A stretch of DNA of 64,000 bases. Origin: Candidatus Cloacimonadota bacterium (lineage in GTDB: Bacteria; Cloacimonadota; Cloacimonadia; Cloacimonadales; TCS61). Positions 15,331 to 26,078 of the stretch are shown one piece after another (the first letter of the stretch is position 1; each line of letters begins with the position of its first letter). The stretch spans positions 2,740 to 66,739 of the forward strand of contig JAUVLU010000002.1 of assembly GCA_030600585.1 (NCBI GenBank). The letters are read 5' to 3'. The position numbers and the translations under genes are program-made. Under the pieces are notes generated by a model. That model searched no databases. It was not told the origin of the DNA and worked only from the letters and a program-made list of their open reading frames with translations.

Positions 15331-17418
15331 TTGATTAACAAAATAATTATTCTATCAATGTATATTGTATTAATAAGCTCATTATGTGGCGCACTTAATG
15401 TTCCATATTCTGATAAAGCGGTATATTCGGAACAAAATCAAATAAGCAATTTCCTAAGCAGCATTCCACCTGATTCTTCCAACATTCCACTTGAAACAAA
15501 CTGCTGGATCTGGCATGATAACGATAATCTATATTTCTCATGGGAAGCAGAAACAGATGAGAATTTTATTATCGGGAAATTTTCTCCTTACGATGTTTCT
15601 GCACAAGCAGATCAACTCTGTGTTCAAATAATCACTGATCACATAAATTATTATGCTTATGGATTTATGGCTTATCCTTTAGAAAACAAATCTGATTTTG
15701 TTCGCTCTTCTTCACACTCACTGAATTTTGACTGGAACAGCACCTACGAATATTCATCAATAAACCGGAATTCTGAATGGAGTGTTGTAATGAAAATTCC
15801 ATTTAAGGATTTACGATTCAACGGAAAACCACCTTATAATTGGAAAATAATCCTAACTCGTTATATAAAAATTGATGATAAATATTACACAACTCCATTC
15901 CTGACAACACAAATGGGAAAAGATTATTTTAAAAAGGCAATAGACATTACGATAAACAAAGAGATCTGTAAAGATAGAAATTTTTATTTGCGACCATTTT
16001 TTATCGTAAAATCTGACCTGATTGAGAATGAAACTAAACTTGATTATGAAAGCTTTGGGCTTGATCTATCACTTAAACCCACCTCTTCTTCCAAATTAAA
16101 ATTCACGTATAATCCGGATTTCTCGGATGTACCAATCGATGATGAAACAAATAATTTTAATTCTAAATATGCTCCATCTTATGCAGAAAATAGATATTTC
16201 TTTATAAAGGATTTCAATGTTTTGGGCGTGAGTTCGACATCATTCTATTCACGGCAGATCGTACAACCGGATTTTGCTGTAAAATTCACAGGGAAAACAG
16301 ATAACCTAACTTATGGAATACTCTCCACAAAAGTAAAACAAGTGGTTGAAGACAGAATTATTGTAGATTCCGACGATATATATAATATTATTGCAATAAA
16401 GCCATCAACAGATACCTTCAGCTTCCAATTTACAATTCTTAATAGAATGAATAAAGATTATCATAATGAGGTACTTCACTTAAAACCAAATTGGGAATTT
16501 AAAAAAGATCAATATCTCTGGTTTGATATTAATCTTTCAAATAAGAATACACTTGCGGATGATATAAAAAAGGGATATTATGGATTCGCCGGTTATGATT
16601 ACAAAAGTAAAGATTTCAATCTAACTCTTAGCGCAACGCAGATGAGCAAAGATTATGCAGTTGATATGGGAAAGATATATGAAGATGATTATTACGGTTG
16701 GAATCTTAATTCTTCTTTAAGGAAGGAATTCAACAATAAATTTCTACGCTCGATCACATCAAATATCAATGCAAGCGAAGAGATAGATAATCACACCAGT
16801 AAACTGTTAGAACGTTATGCATACTTTGCTCTAAGTTTGAACTCCAATTACAATCTAAATTTTAAACTTAATTGTAAATCTGTAAAAGAATTATATTCAG
16901 AAAAATATTTCAACAAATACCAGCTTAGTTTCCAGACAACATGGAATAGATCAAACTTACTTAGAACATTTGTCGGCATCACTTACATAAATGATATTAT
17001 TTACGATCTTAATAATGATTATAAAGGTTATTATTTACAATTAGGCTTAAGTAGTATTATTGATAAATACATTACTTATACATTAACCGCCGATAATATA
17101 AAATATTATGACGTCCCGAAAGTAGATTATGTTGATGACAATTACTGGCTTGCAAATATGGATATTTCTTTCAGCCTTTCTAACGAACTCAGTCTTACAA
17201 GTGGTATTCGTTTTAATAATTATGAATATGCTTATACCAACTCAGATTACGAATATCGTGATTACACCCGGCATGTAGGATTATTTTCCAATCTCCGTTG
17301 GCAATTTAAAAAACGAAGTTATATCTATCTCGGTTATAATTCTGCAAACAATAAAATAAATGAGATCAATGAATATAGTCACCAACAAGCTTATTTAAAA
17401 ATTTCTTATTCATTCTAA
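15331..17418 (+). CDS. Putative outer-membrane protein (CBM9-like N-domain plus DUF5916-like beta-barrel)
   Basis: 695 aa. Signal peptide, alternating beta-strand pattern rich in Y/N/S, and a C-terminal ...AYLKISYSF with terminal Phe typical of OM barrels. Family assignment is from memory only. Confidence 0.45.
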   Translation: MINKIIILSMYIVLISSLCGALNVPYSDKAVYSEQNQISNFLSSIPPDSSNIPLETNCWIWHDNDNLYFSWEAETDENFIIGKFSPYDVSAQADQLCVQIITDHINYYAYGFMAYPLENKSDFVRSSSHSLNFDWNSTYEYSSINRNSEWSVVMKIPFKDLRFNGKPPYNWKIILTRYIKIDDKYYTTPFLTTQMGKDYFKKAIDITINKEICKDRNFYLRPFFIVKSDLIENETKLDYESFGLDLSLKPTSSSKLKFTYNPDFSDVPIDDETNNFNSKYAPSYAENRYFFIKDFNVLGVSSTSFYSRQIVQPDFAVKFTGKTDNLTYGILSTKVKQVVEDRIIVDSDDIYNIIAIKPSTDTFSFQFTILNRMNKDYHNEVLHLKPNWEFKKDQYLWFDINLSNKNTLADDIKKGYYGFAGYDYKSKDFNLTLSATQMSKDYAVDMGKIYEDDYYGWNLNSSLRKEFNNKFLRSITSNINASEEIDNHTSKLLERYAYFALSLNSNYNLNFKLNCKSVKELYSEKYFNKYQLSFQTTWNRSNLLRTFVGITYINDIIYDLNNDYKGYYLQLGLSSIIDKYITYTLTADNIKYYDVPKVDYVDDNYWLANMDISFSLSNELSLTSGIRFNNYEYAYTNSDYEYRDYTRHVGLFSNLRWQFKKRSYIYLGYNSANNKINEINEYSHQQAYLKISYSF

Positions 17419-17614
17419 AGAACTAATTTTTTATGTAAAATTCTGATTGGTTTTTTCTTATCTGAAATCATATTATCATTATTTGATTAAATTTATTGTA
17501 GTATTTTATACTGTAATATTTTAAAAGAACATACCTTTAAAAAACATTTGACATTCATTCCCTGTTTTTAAAAACCTACCTCCAAATAAGATCTTTGGGA
17601 GAGTGTAATAAATT

Positions 17615-18073
17615 ATGAAATTTAAAACCGAGATTGATATTGCAATTAACAAGTTTATTAGCAAAAAAGGTGTTTTGATCCCACTTCTACAAAATGTTCA
17701 AAATATCGAAGGATACTTATCTAAAGATTTGATGAGCTACGTTTCAGAAAAAACAGGAATCAAACTTGCACACATTTACGGCGTTGCAACATTTTATACA
17801 ATGTTTCGATTAAAACCACAGGGTAAACATATTATACGAGTTTGCAAAGGAACTGCCTGCCATGTTTCCGATGCGAATTCCATCATGAATGAGGTCAATA
17901 ATCAGTTAGATCTATCCGGGGAAGAAGATACAACTAAAGATGGAAAATTTACGGTAATGCAGGTTGCCTGTCTCGGTTGTTGCAGTCTTGCTCCTGTTAT
18001 TATGGTAAATGATAATACATACGGCAAATTAACTCCCGCTTCAATTGGGAAAATATTAAAGAAATACGAATAG
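17615..18073 (+). CDS. NuoE/HydC-like [2Fe-2S] thioredoxin-fold subunit
   Basis: 152 aa. Cluster ligands are in CKGTACHV ... CLGCCSLAPV. Confidence 0.9.
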   Translation: MKFKTEIDIAINKFISKKGVLIPLLQNVQNIEGYLSKDLMSYVSEKTGIKLAHIYGVATFYTMFRLKPQGKHIIRVCKGTACHVSDANSIMNEVNNQLDLSGEEDTTKDGKFTVMQVACLGCCSLAPVIMVNDNTYGKLTPASIGKILKKYE

Positions 18074-18082
18074 GGGGATAAT

Positions 18083-19852
18083 TTGAGTTTTGTAATAAAA
18101 GTCGGTTTGGCAAGTTGCGGGTTAGCGGCTGGTGCTGGTGAGGTTTATGAAGCTATTCTGAAACACATAAAAGAGAACGGTATTGATGCTGAAGTAAAAA
18201 AGACAGCATGTATCGGAATGTGTTTCGTCGAACCCCTTGTAGAGATTTTTTCCGAAGAACAAAAATCCATTACTTACGGAGATGTTACTCCTGAAAGTAT
18301 TGGAAATATTATCGATGCATTCTCTAAAGGTAAACCAATCGAAGAAAATGTGATAATTTCAAATGTTCTTGAGGGAAGTGAAAATAAAACTTATAATAAA
18401 CAAGAAAGGATAGTTTTACGCAATTGCGGTATTATCGATCCTGTCTCAATCAATGATTATCTTGAAAATGACGGTTACAAAGCTCTTGAAAAAGCTGTAA
18501 AGAAAATGAGTAGTGAAGATATTATCGATGAGATAAAAAATTCAGGACTTCGCGGACGTGGCGGAGCCGGTTTTCCAACAGGATTAAAATGGCAATTCGC
18601 CTTTAATGCAAAGAGTGAGAAAAAATACATTGTTTGTAATGCTGACGAAGGAGATCCTGGAGCATTTATGGATAGAAGTGTATTGGAAGGTGATCCTCAC
18701 AGTGTAATTGAAGGGATGATCATCGGTGCTTATGCAATTGGTGCAGATGAAGGCTACATTTACTGTCGGGCAGAATATCCGCTTGCTATCAAACATCTTA
18801 ATATTGCAATTGAACAGGCAGCCGAAAAAGGATATCTTGGAAATAATATTTTCGGGTCTGATTTCAATTTTGAATTACATATTAAAGAAGGAGCAGGTGC
18901 ATTTGTTTGCGGAGAAGAAACTGCTTTGATGGCATCGATCGAAGGCAAGCGCGGAATGCCAACTATCAGACCACCATTCCCTGCACAATCAGGGCTTTGG
19001 GGAAAACCCACAAATATTAATAATGTAGAAACATTTGCAAACATAGCATGGATCATCTTAAATGGGGCTAAAGAGTATGCAAAACATGGAACAGAAAAAA
19101 GCAAGGGAACCAAAGTATTCGCCCTTGCCGGAAAGATAAAGAACAGCGGGCTTATTGAAGTTCCAATGGGAATGCCCTTAAAAGAAGTAATATATGATGT
19201 TGGCGGCGGAATGAAAACCGAAAGACCATTTAAAGGAGTGCAGTTAGGCGGTCCTTCCGGTGGCTGCCTTCCTGCTGAACTACTAGACACAATAGTAGAT
19301 TATGATTCAATCAATAAAACAGGCGCAATCATGGGTTCCGGTGGTATGGTTGTAATGGATACATCCAGTTGTATGGTCGATATAGCCAAATTCTTCCTTA
19401 ATTTCACCCAGAACGAATCTTGTGGTAAATGTACTTTCTGCCGGGTTGGAACAAAACGCATGCTTGAAATTCTTACAAGAATCTCAGAAGGCAAAGGAAA
19501 AATGGAAGATCTCGATACACTTGAAGAACTCTCACATAATATTATTAAAAGTTCTTTATGTGGTTTGGGGCAAACTGCTCCAAATCCGGTTTTAACTACT
19601 TTGAAGTATTTCAGAGATGAATATATTACACATATTAAAGACAAAACTTGCCCCGCTGGAGTCTGCACAGCTCTTCTTAAATACGAAGTAATCGAAGAGA
19701 ACTGTATTGGATGTACTGTGTGTGCTATGAAATGTCCTGTAAATTGCATTGCGGGTGAACGGAAACAAGTTCACAAGATAGATCAGGATGCATGTATTAA
19801 ATGCGGTGCTTGCTATGATGCTTGTAAATTCAATGCTATTAAGAAAGGATAA
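18083..19852 (+). CDS. NuoF/HydB-like NADH/FMN-binding subunit with extra Fe-S domains
   Basis: 589 aa, TTG start. Contains GLRGRGGAGFPTGLKW, CNADEGDPGAFMDR, ESCGKCTFCRVG and a C-terminal 2x[4Fe-4S] region (CIGCTVCAMKCP, CIKCGACYDAC). Confidence 0.9.
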   Translation: MSFVIKVGLASCGLAAGAGEVYEAILKHIKENGIDAEVKKTACIGMCFVEPLVEIFSEEQKSITYGDVTPESIGNIIDAFSKGKPIEENVIISNVLEGSENKTYNKQERIVLRNCGIIDPVSINDYLENDGYKALEKAVKKMSSEDIIDEIKNSGLRGRGGAGFPTGLKWQFAFNAKSEKKYIVCNADEGDPGAFMDRSVLEGDPHSVIEGMIIGAYAIGADEGYIYCRAEYPLAIKHLNIAIEQAAEKGYLGNNIFGSDFNFELHIKEGAGAFVCGEETALMASIEGKRGMPTIRPPFPAQSGLWGKPTNINNVETFANIAWIILNGAKEYAKHGTEKSKGTKVFALAGKIKNSGLIEVPMGMPLKEVIYDVGGGMKTERPFKGVQLGGPSGGCLPAELLDTIVDYDSINKTGAIMGSGGMVVMDTSSCMVDIAKFFLNFTQNESCGKCTFCRVGTKRMLEILTRISEGKGKMEDLDTLEELSHNIIKSSLCGLGQTAPNPVLTTLKYFRDEYITHIKDKTCPAGVCTALLKYEVIEENCIGCTVCAMKCPVNCIAGERKQVHKIDQDACIKCGACYDACKFNAIKKG

Positions 19853-19857
19853 TTGAT

Positions 19858-22800
19858 ATGATTACTATAAAAATAAATGGAAATGAAATAAAAACCGGAA
19901 AAGGTAAAATGATCCTGGATGTGGCAAAAGAAAATGGAATCGAAATTCCAACACTCTGCCACGATAAAGAATTATCTCCATTTGGTTCATGTTGGGTCTG
20001 TGCTGTTAAAGTAAAAGACAGAAAGGGTTTTGTAACCGCTTGTGGGACTGAAGCATTAGACGGAATGGAGATTGAGACAGACTCGGAAGAAGTTCATAAA
20101 GCTCGTAAAATGGCTTTGGAACTCCTGCTTTCAGACCATTATGCAGATTGTGAAGCACCCTGTAAAATAGCATGTCCAAATCAGGTCGATATTCAAAGTT
20201 ATATTTCATTAATAGCAAACGGACAATATAGAGAAGCAGTAAGAGTAATTAAAGAAACATTGCCAATGCCGCTTTCTATTGGAAGAGTATGTCCTGCCTT
20301 TTGTGAAAAAGAATGTCGTAGATCTATTGTAGAAGAACCAGTTGCTATACGTCAGTTAAAAAGATATGCAGCCGATTTTGATATCTTTAATAAAACACCT
20401 TACGTTCCTAAAAAAGCTCCTGATAATGGGAAAAACATTGTTATAGTTGGCGCCGGTCCTTCTGGACTCACCTGTGGATATTATCTTTCCAATAAAGGAT
20501 ATAATGTAACCGTATTAGAATCTGCTCCCAAAGCAGGCGGTTGGTTAAGATACGGTATCCCTGAATACAGGCTTCCAAAAAGAATCTTAAATAAAGAAAT
20601 CAAGCTCATGTGTAAAAACGGCATGAAGATCAAATATAATACTAAATTAGGAAAAGATTTCAACCTTTCTGAATTGAATGAAAAATATGACGCTGTTTTC
20701 CTTGCGATCGGTGCACAAAATGCAGTTCCAATGAAAGTTAAAGGAAATAATCTTGAAGGATGCTTCCTCGGAGTAGATTTTTTAAGAGATCTAATGTTGG
20801 GAAAGAAGATAAAACTTGAGAAAAAAGTAGCTGTTATCGGCGGTGGTAATACAGCTATCGATTGTGCTCGTACTGCTGTAAGAATGGGAGCAAATGTCAC
20901 TCTTGTTTATCGTCGTACAAGAAAGGAAATGCCTGCTGAAGCTTATGAAGTCGATGCTGCCGAAGAAGAAGGAATTAAATTCCATTTTCTTACAAATCCG
21001 GTAGAAAATATCGGGAGAAAAGGCAAACTCAAATCAATTAAAATGGAAAAAATGAAACTTGGCAAACCGGATGACAGCGGCAGAAGAAGACCGGAACCAA
21101 CAGGTGTATTTTTCAAAGAAGAATATGGAACTGTAATCGCAGCAATTTCCCAAAAACCTGAAGTTGCCTTTGTTGTAAAAAAAGGAAATAAAATCAAAGG
21201 TAAAGAATTGCCATTAACAAGATGGAGCACCGTTGTTGCAGATGAAGAAACGCAATATACAGGACTTGGAAACATTTTTGCCGGTGGTGATTTCCGAAGA
21301 GGACCCGCAACTGCAATTGAAGCTATCGCAGACGGCAGAAAAGCTGCAGAAGCAATCGACAGATATTTGAATAACCAGCTTTTAATAAATCCGGTAAAAC
21401 TTTTCAATTCAAAGAAAGAAAAAAAGTTGAAAGATGTTGACCCAAAAGAATTTGAACAATATGAAGAGATCCCACGTTTTGAGATGCCGGAATTAGATCC
21501 TAAGATTAGAGCTTCTAATTTTAAGGAAGTTGAGCTTGGTTTTGAAGAAGAAGATGCACTCGCTGAAGCTGATCGCTGTCTGGAATGCGGTTGTAATGTA
21601 AACGAAACATGTGATCTCCGCAGGTTTGCAACTGAATATAAAATTGATGTTGATCTCTTTATGGGTGATAAAAATAAGCATCCTATCGATGACAGTCATC
21701 CGTTTATTCGCCGAGATGCGAATAAATGTATTAACTGCGGTCGTTGCGTTAGAATTTGTGCTGAAGTTCAAGGACCTGGTGTTTTGGGTTACATCTATCG
21801 CGGGTTCACAACTTATGTAGCACCCGAATTTGGAGAGAGCCTTTCTAAAACAAACTGTGAGATCTGTGGTAAATGTATTGAAGTCTGCCCAGTTGGAGCA
21901 TTACTTCCCAAAAATACCTATACAAAGCTTAATCCTCATTTATGTGAAAAGACAATCCAGAATTGCGGTTTTTGCGGAACAGGTTGTAATATTGAAGTAA
22001 GCGTTCAAAATAACAAAGTTACAATTGTTGAACCTGCCGACGGAGAGACTTTTAATCAGAGAGATCTGTGCTTTGATGGAAAATTCGGCTGGCAGATATT
22101 CGAGGATAAAGATAGAATTACGCATCCATATAAAAGAAAAGAGGATTATTGGCTTCCATTAGATGATAGTGATAAAGCTGCAAATCTTATTAAAGGTAAA
22201 TTGCAGAAAGCAGAATCTAAAATGATCTATATCTCTCCCACATCCTCAATTGAAGAAACATTATTAATGCAGCATATTGCCAAGAAGATAAATTCGGAAA
22301 TAGCATCTCTTTCTATTTATAAAAGTTTTGTTGATAAGCTGATGAATACAAATCTTTATGCCAAAATCTATGATGACCTTGAAAAAGCAGAGTGCATAGT
22401 TTTAGTTGGTAAGATCAGCAAAGTCCACAAAACAATTGCTCGCAGATTACAAAGAAAGGGCGCAAAATTAATAATAATTACAAAAGAGACGGGTGACTTC
22501 AATGATTTTGCAGATGAGTTACATAATGATGAGCCGATTGTAAAGACATTGGAAAAGATATTTCAATACCATATCGAATTGATTAAAGAAGAAATGGATG
22601 ATATAGATGACGCCGAACAACTTATTGATCCCTTGAAACTTGATCTTCCCGAAAAGACAGTATTTATATATAATCGTGATCTAATCTCGGAAGAAACAAT
22701 TTGGAATATCTGGGCAATCTCATCCCTGATCTGTAATTTTGAAAAAGGATCAGGCATACTTCCAACTTCCAAGTTCAATAATTTCCGTGGATTCCAGAAA

Positions 22801-23286
22801 TTGGGGATCGATGCGGGTGAACCGGCAAATTATAATTTCGTTCTTTTCTATGGTGAATTACCTTGTGAAGAGCAGAAGAAATGTATTAAAAACAGCAATT
22901 TCATAGTATCGGTAAATACACATATCGATGATGCGGATTCTTCACATTTACTCTTACCAAAAGCATCATATCTTGAAATGGAATCATCTTCAATTGCTGA
23001 TGATGGTAGAATTTCCAGCTTTAAGAATCCTAAAAAATCAACTATTCATAATGAACTTCTTCAGATCTTCAAAAAAGCAGGATTACTCACTGTACAAGAA
23101 GCTAAAATTTCATTCTGGAATAAGCAGGCAAAAGAGTTCTTGAAAAAGAAAGAAAAAACAAGAATTCTATCCAATCAAGAACTCATTGATTACCTATACA
23201 CAATTGAGAATATGCACTTTGATGCGCCTAAACAAGCCAGCGTGCAGAAAAAGTTAATAACTAAGCTATATAAAATGGCTAAGTAG
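19858..23286 (+). CDS. Fusion protein: 2Fe-2S ferredoxin domain + GltD/NfnB-like NAD(P)H-FAD module + NuoG/HydA-type 4Fe-4S domains + truncated MopB-like tail
   Basis: 1142 aa. Contains CHDKELSPFGSCWVCAV; the Rossmann motifs VIVGAGPSGLTCG and VAVIGGGNTAIDCA; CINCGRCVRICAEVQG; CEICGKCIEVCPVGAL; and CGFCGTGCNIEV, followed by about 430 poorly conserved residues. Confidence 0.8.
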   Translation: MITIKINGNEIKTGKGKMILDVAKENGIEIPTLCHDKELSPFGSCWVCAVKVKDRKGFVTACGTEALDGMEIETDSEEVHKARKMALELLLSDHYADCEAPCKIACPNQVDIQSYISLIANGQYREAVRVIKETLPMPLSIGRVCPAFCEKECRRSIVEEPVAIRQLKRYAADFDIFNKTPYVPKKAPDNGKNIVIVGAGPSGLTCGYYLSNKGYNVTVLESAPKAGGWLRYGIPEYRLPKRILNKEIKLMCKNGMKIKYNTKLGKDFNLSELNEKYDAVFLAIGAQNAVPMKVKGNNLEGCFLGVDFLRDLMLGKKIKLEKKVAVIGGGNTAIDCARTAVRMGANVTLVYRRTRKEMPAEAYEVDAAEEEGIKFHFLTNPVENIGRKGKLKSIKMEKMKLGKPDDSGRRRPEPTGVFFKEEYGTVIAAISQKPEVAFVVKKGNKIKGKELPLTRWSTVVADEETQYTGLGNIFAGGDFRRGPATAIEAIADGRKAAEAIDRYLNNQLLINPVKLFNSKKEKKLKDVDPKEFEQYEEIPRFEMPELDPKIRASNFKEVELGFEEEDALAEADRCLECGCNVNETCDLRRFATEYKIDVDLFMGDKNKHPIDDSHPFIRRDANKCINCGRCVRICAEVQGPGVLGYIYRGFTTYVAPEFGESLSKTNCEICGKCIEVCPVGALLPKNTYTKLNPHLCEKTIQNCGFCGTGCNIEVSVQNNKVTIVEPADGETFNQRDLCFDGKFGWQIFEDKDRITHPYKRKEDYWLPLDDSDKAANLIKGKLQKAESKMIYISPTSSIEETLLMQHIAKKINSEIASLSIYKSFVDKLMNTNLYAKIYDDLEKAECIVLVGKISKVHKTIARRLQRKGAKLIIITKETGDFNDFADELHNDEPIVKTLEKIFQYHIELIKEEMDDIDDAEQLIDPLKLDLPEKTVFIYNRDLISEETIWNIWAISSLICNFEKGSGILPTSKFNNFRGFQKLGIDAGEPANYNFVLFYGELPCEEQKKCIKNSNFIVSVNTHIDDADSSHLLLPKASYLEMESSSIADDGRISSFKNPKKSTIHNELLQIFKKAGLLTVQEAKISFWNKQAKEFLKKKEKTRILSNQELIDYLYTIENMHFDAPKQASVQKKLITKLYKMAK

Positions 23287-23304
23287 AAAAAGCCAATAAT
23301 AAAT

Positions 23305-23329
23305 GGGTGGTTTCACCCACCCTTTTTTA
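23305..23329 (+). terminator. Rho-independent terminator of the NuoE/F/GltD operon
   Basis: gggtgg-tttcac-ccaccc followed by tttttt, 19 nt after the stop. Confidence 0.85.
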
Positions 23330-23414
23330 TTGCGATTGTGTATATTAATAAATTACTTGCATAAATTCATTATTCTTTTTAATTTAGTTACATCTTAATA
23401 TATAAAGGTAAATT

Positions 23415-26006
23415 ATGCGATATTTCCTTGCGTTTATAGTTGTTTTCTGCTCTATTAGCTTATTAATGGCAGGTAAGAAAATTGACAGTTTAGAAGTATG
23501 TTTGAAGATAGCCGGTCAAAATGAAAAGGTTATTCTTTTAAATGAACTTTCACAAGCATATCAGGAAATATCCGCCCGTAAAAGTATAACATATGCTCAA
23601 TCAGCTCTTCAGATTTCTCAGGAATCAGGTATTAGAAAAGACATTGCCAAATCACTCACAAATTTAGGTTCAGCATATTACCATCTCAGTAACTATAAGA
23701 GAGCACTGGAATTTCATTCTAAATCCCTTGAAATATATCAACAATTGACAGATAAGACCGGAATGTTGATCGTTAATAACTGTATAGGGCTGGATCATGA
23801 AAAACTTGGTAATTATGATAAAGCTCTAAATTTCTTTTTTATCTCATTAAAGCTAAGTAATGAAACTAATAACCAAGATGGTATTTCAATGGGACTCAAC
23901 AATTTAGGAAATCTTTTTCACTCATTGAACAACTACGATAAAGCTCTCGAATATTACCGGCAAGCACTTGAGATAGAAAAACATAACGGGAATAAAAAAA
24001 CAATCTCGATTGCCTTAAATAATATTGGGACCACATTTGCTGATCGTGGAGATTATTCAGAATCTATAGAATATTTTAACCAGTCTTTAGAAATTGAACA
24101 AAAACTTGAAAATATTAAAGGTCTTTCTTCAGTATTGAATAACCTGGGTATTGTTCATGAAAAGTTACACGAATATAATAAAGCATTAACCTACTTCCAA
24201 AGATCACTCGATCTTATCCTGGAAACCGGTAATCAATACGGAATTGCTGATACATTTATCAATATCGGTAAATTGCAATTACTAATGAATAATATGTCTG
24301 ATGCTTACGCAAATATTAATCAAGGTCTTAAATTTGCTTCTGATATTGGGGCAAAACATCTTATCATGAATGGTTATCTTGCACTATCAGACTTCTATAA
24401 AGCAAATAAAAACAGTGATGAATCTTTACGATATTTCAGGCTTCACTCAAAAATTAAAGATGAAATATTCAGTGAAGAAATGACTCAAGAGATCATAAAC
24501 ATACAAACACAAATTGAAATGGAAGAAAGAGAACACGACATCATCCGATTAGAAAAAAATAATGAGATAATGACACTTAAGACCGAAAAGAAGAACCTGC
24601 ATTTATTACTTCTTCTTGCCAGTCTTTCCATAGTCACCGGTTTTTCAATAATTCAGTATAATCGATATAAGAACAATAAAGACAACAATAAGTTACTACA
24701 AAATGAGGTCCTCGATAGAATGTCGACAGAAAAAAGATTAATAAAGAGATTGAAAATTGAAAAGGTTATCACAAAGATATCGGCAAGATTCATTAATGTT
24801 TCTGATTTCGATACAGCCGTTGATGAAACCTTGAAAGAAATTGGTGAAATGTGTGGAGCAGACCGCTCATACCTTTTCCTGTTAAATAATAATAAAGACA
24901 TGTTAGATAACACCCATGAATGGTGTGATGAAGGTGTGCAACCCGAAATAAGCAATCTTCAGGATATCCCAATCAATACATTACCATGGTGGATGAGTAA
25001 ATTAGAGAATGATGAAGTAATACATATTGTTGATGTTTCTAAAATGCCGAATGAAGCACATATAGAAAAAAAGATGTTACAAGATCAGAATATTAAATCA
25101 TTATTGGTGCTGCCATTAAAATCGGCTGGTTATTTGATCGGTTTTATGGGATTTGATAATGTGTCAAAGGCTGAAGAATGGAAGGAAGAGGAGCTTTCAC
25201 TTTTAAATATTTCTTCTGAAATATTAGGTATCTATTTCGAAAAAAGAGAGATCGATTCCAAATTAGAAAAATCTTATTTCGAATTAGAGAAACGTGTGCA
25301 TGACAGAACTAGAGAATTGGCAGAAACAAATCATGAACTTCAAGTTGAAGTTACTGAAAAGAAAAAAATTGAGATCCAACTTAATGATAGTTTCATCAAA
25401 TTAAAAAAAGCTATTGAAGAGACGATTAATGCTTTCATATCCGCAGTTGAAATTCGTGATCCATATACTGCGGGACATCAACTAAGAGTTGCAAAATTGA
25501 GCTATGAAATTGCCAGTGAAATGAATTTGAACAAAATGCAGCTTGATGCGATACGAATCGCTGCGATTCTTCATGATATTGGCAAAATTTATATACCGAA
25601 TGAAATTCTCTCTAAGCCATCTCCTCTCACAGAAACAGAATTCTGCGTGATCAAAAATCATCCTCTTGCCGGATATGACATTTTAAAAACAATAAATTTT
25701 CAAATGCCTGTCGCCAAAATTGTATATCAACATCATGAAAAACTTGATGGCTCAGGTTATCCACAAGGTCTTATCGGAAACGAAATAATGCTGGAAGCAA
25801 GAATCGTGAATGTTGCCGATGTTGTAGATGCAATGATATCCCAACGTCCTTATCGATCTTCACAAAGCATTGAAGATGCACTCAAAGAAATAAAAGTAAA
25901 CTCAGGTATTTTATACGATCCGGAAGTAGTAGAAGTTTGTTTATATGTATTTAATGAAAAAGGATTTCAATTCGAAGAGATCAAAATAAGAACTGCCTCG
26001 AGGTAA
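23415..26006 (+). CDS. TPR / TM / GAF / HD-GYP multidomain signalling protein
   Basis: 863 aa. Signal peptide, about 8 TPR units (NLGSAYYHL..., NNLGNLFHSL...), a TM helix (LLLLLASLSIVTGFSII), a GAF-like region, then HDIGKIYIP and YQHHEKLDGSGYPQGL. Confidence 0.8.
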   Translation: MRYFLAFIVVFCSISLLMAGKKIDSLEVCLKIAGQNEKVILLNELSQAYQEISARKSITYAQSALQISQESGIRKDIAKSLTNLGSAYYHLSNYKRALEFHSKSLEIYQQLTDKTGMLIVNNCIGLDHEKLGNYDKALNFFFISLKLSNETNNQDGISMGLNNLGNLFHSLNNYDKALEYYRQALEIEKHNGNKKTISIALNNIGTTFADRGDYSESIEYFNQSLEIEQKLENIKGLSSVLNNLGIVHEKLHEYNKALTYFQRSLDLILETGNQYGIADTFINIGKLQLLMNNMSDAYANINQGLKFASDIGAKHLIMNGYLALSDFYKANKNSDESLRYFRLHSKIKDEIFSEEMTQEIINIQTQIEMEEREHDIIRLEKNNEIMTLKTEKKNLHLLLLLASLSIVTGFSIIQYNRYKNNKDNNKLLQNEVLDRMSTEKRLIKRLKIEKVITKISARFINVSDFDTAVDETLKEIGEMCGADRSYLFLLNNNKDMLDNTHEWCDEGVQPEISNLQDIPINTLPWWMSKLENDEVIHIVDVSKMPNEAHIEKKMLQDQNIKSLLVLPLKSAGYLIGFMGFDNVSKAEEWKEEELSLLNISSEILGIYFEKREIDSKLEKSYFELEKRVHDRTRELAETNHELQVEVTEKKKIEIQLNDSFIKLKKAIEETINAFISAVEIRDPYTAGHQLRVAKLSYEIASEMNLNKMQLDAIRIAAILHDIGKIYIPNEILSKPSPLTETEFCVIKNHPLAGYDILKTINFQMPVAKIVYQHHEKLDGSGYPQGLIGNEIMLEARIVNVADVVDAMISQRPYRSSQSIEDALKEIKVNSGILYDPEVVEVCLYVFNEKGFQFEEIKIRTASR

Positions 26007-26078
26007 TTATTTTTTCGCTGACCCAGACTAATTAATTTTATTTAAGATGCATTGATTTCCAAACTATATGGGAGTTTT

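Noticed and set aside
17548-17576. Sigma-70-like promoter (TTGACA at 17548) for the NuoE operon
   Set aside because: No acceptable -10 hexamer lies at 16-18-nt spacing, so the match is too weak in AT-rich DNA to report as a feature.
18760-21407. Long antisense ORFs (176, 149, 139 and 154 aa) opposite the NuoF-like and GltD-fusion genes
   Set aside because: The sense strand encodes strongly conserved cofactor-binding motifs. The antisense ORFs are Pro/Ser/Ala-rich shadows typical of GC-richer coding regions.
19858-23286. Formate dehydrogenase or [FeFe]-hydrogenase catalytic subunit
   Set aside because: There are no H-cluster motifs, no in-frame TGA (Sec) or conserved active-site Cys context, and the MopB-like tail is only about 430 residues and poorly conserved.
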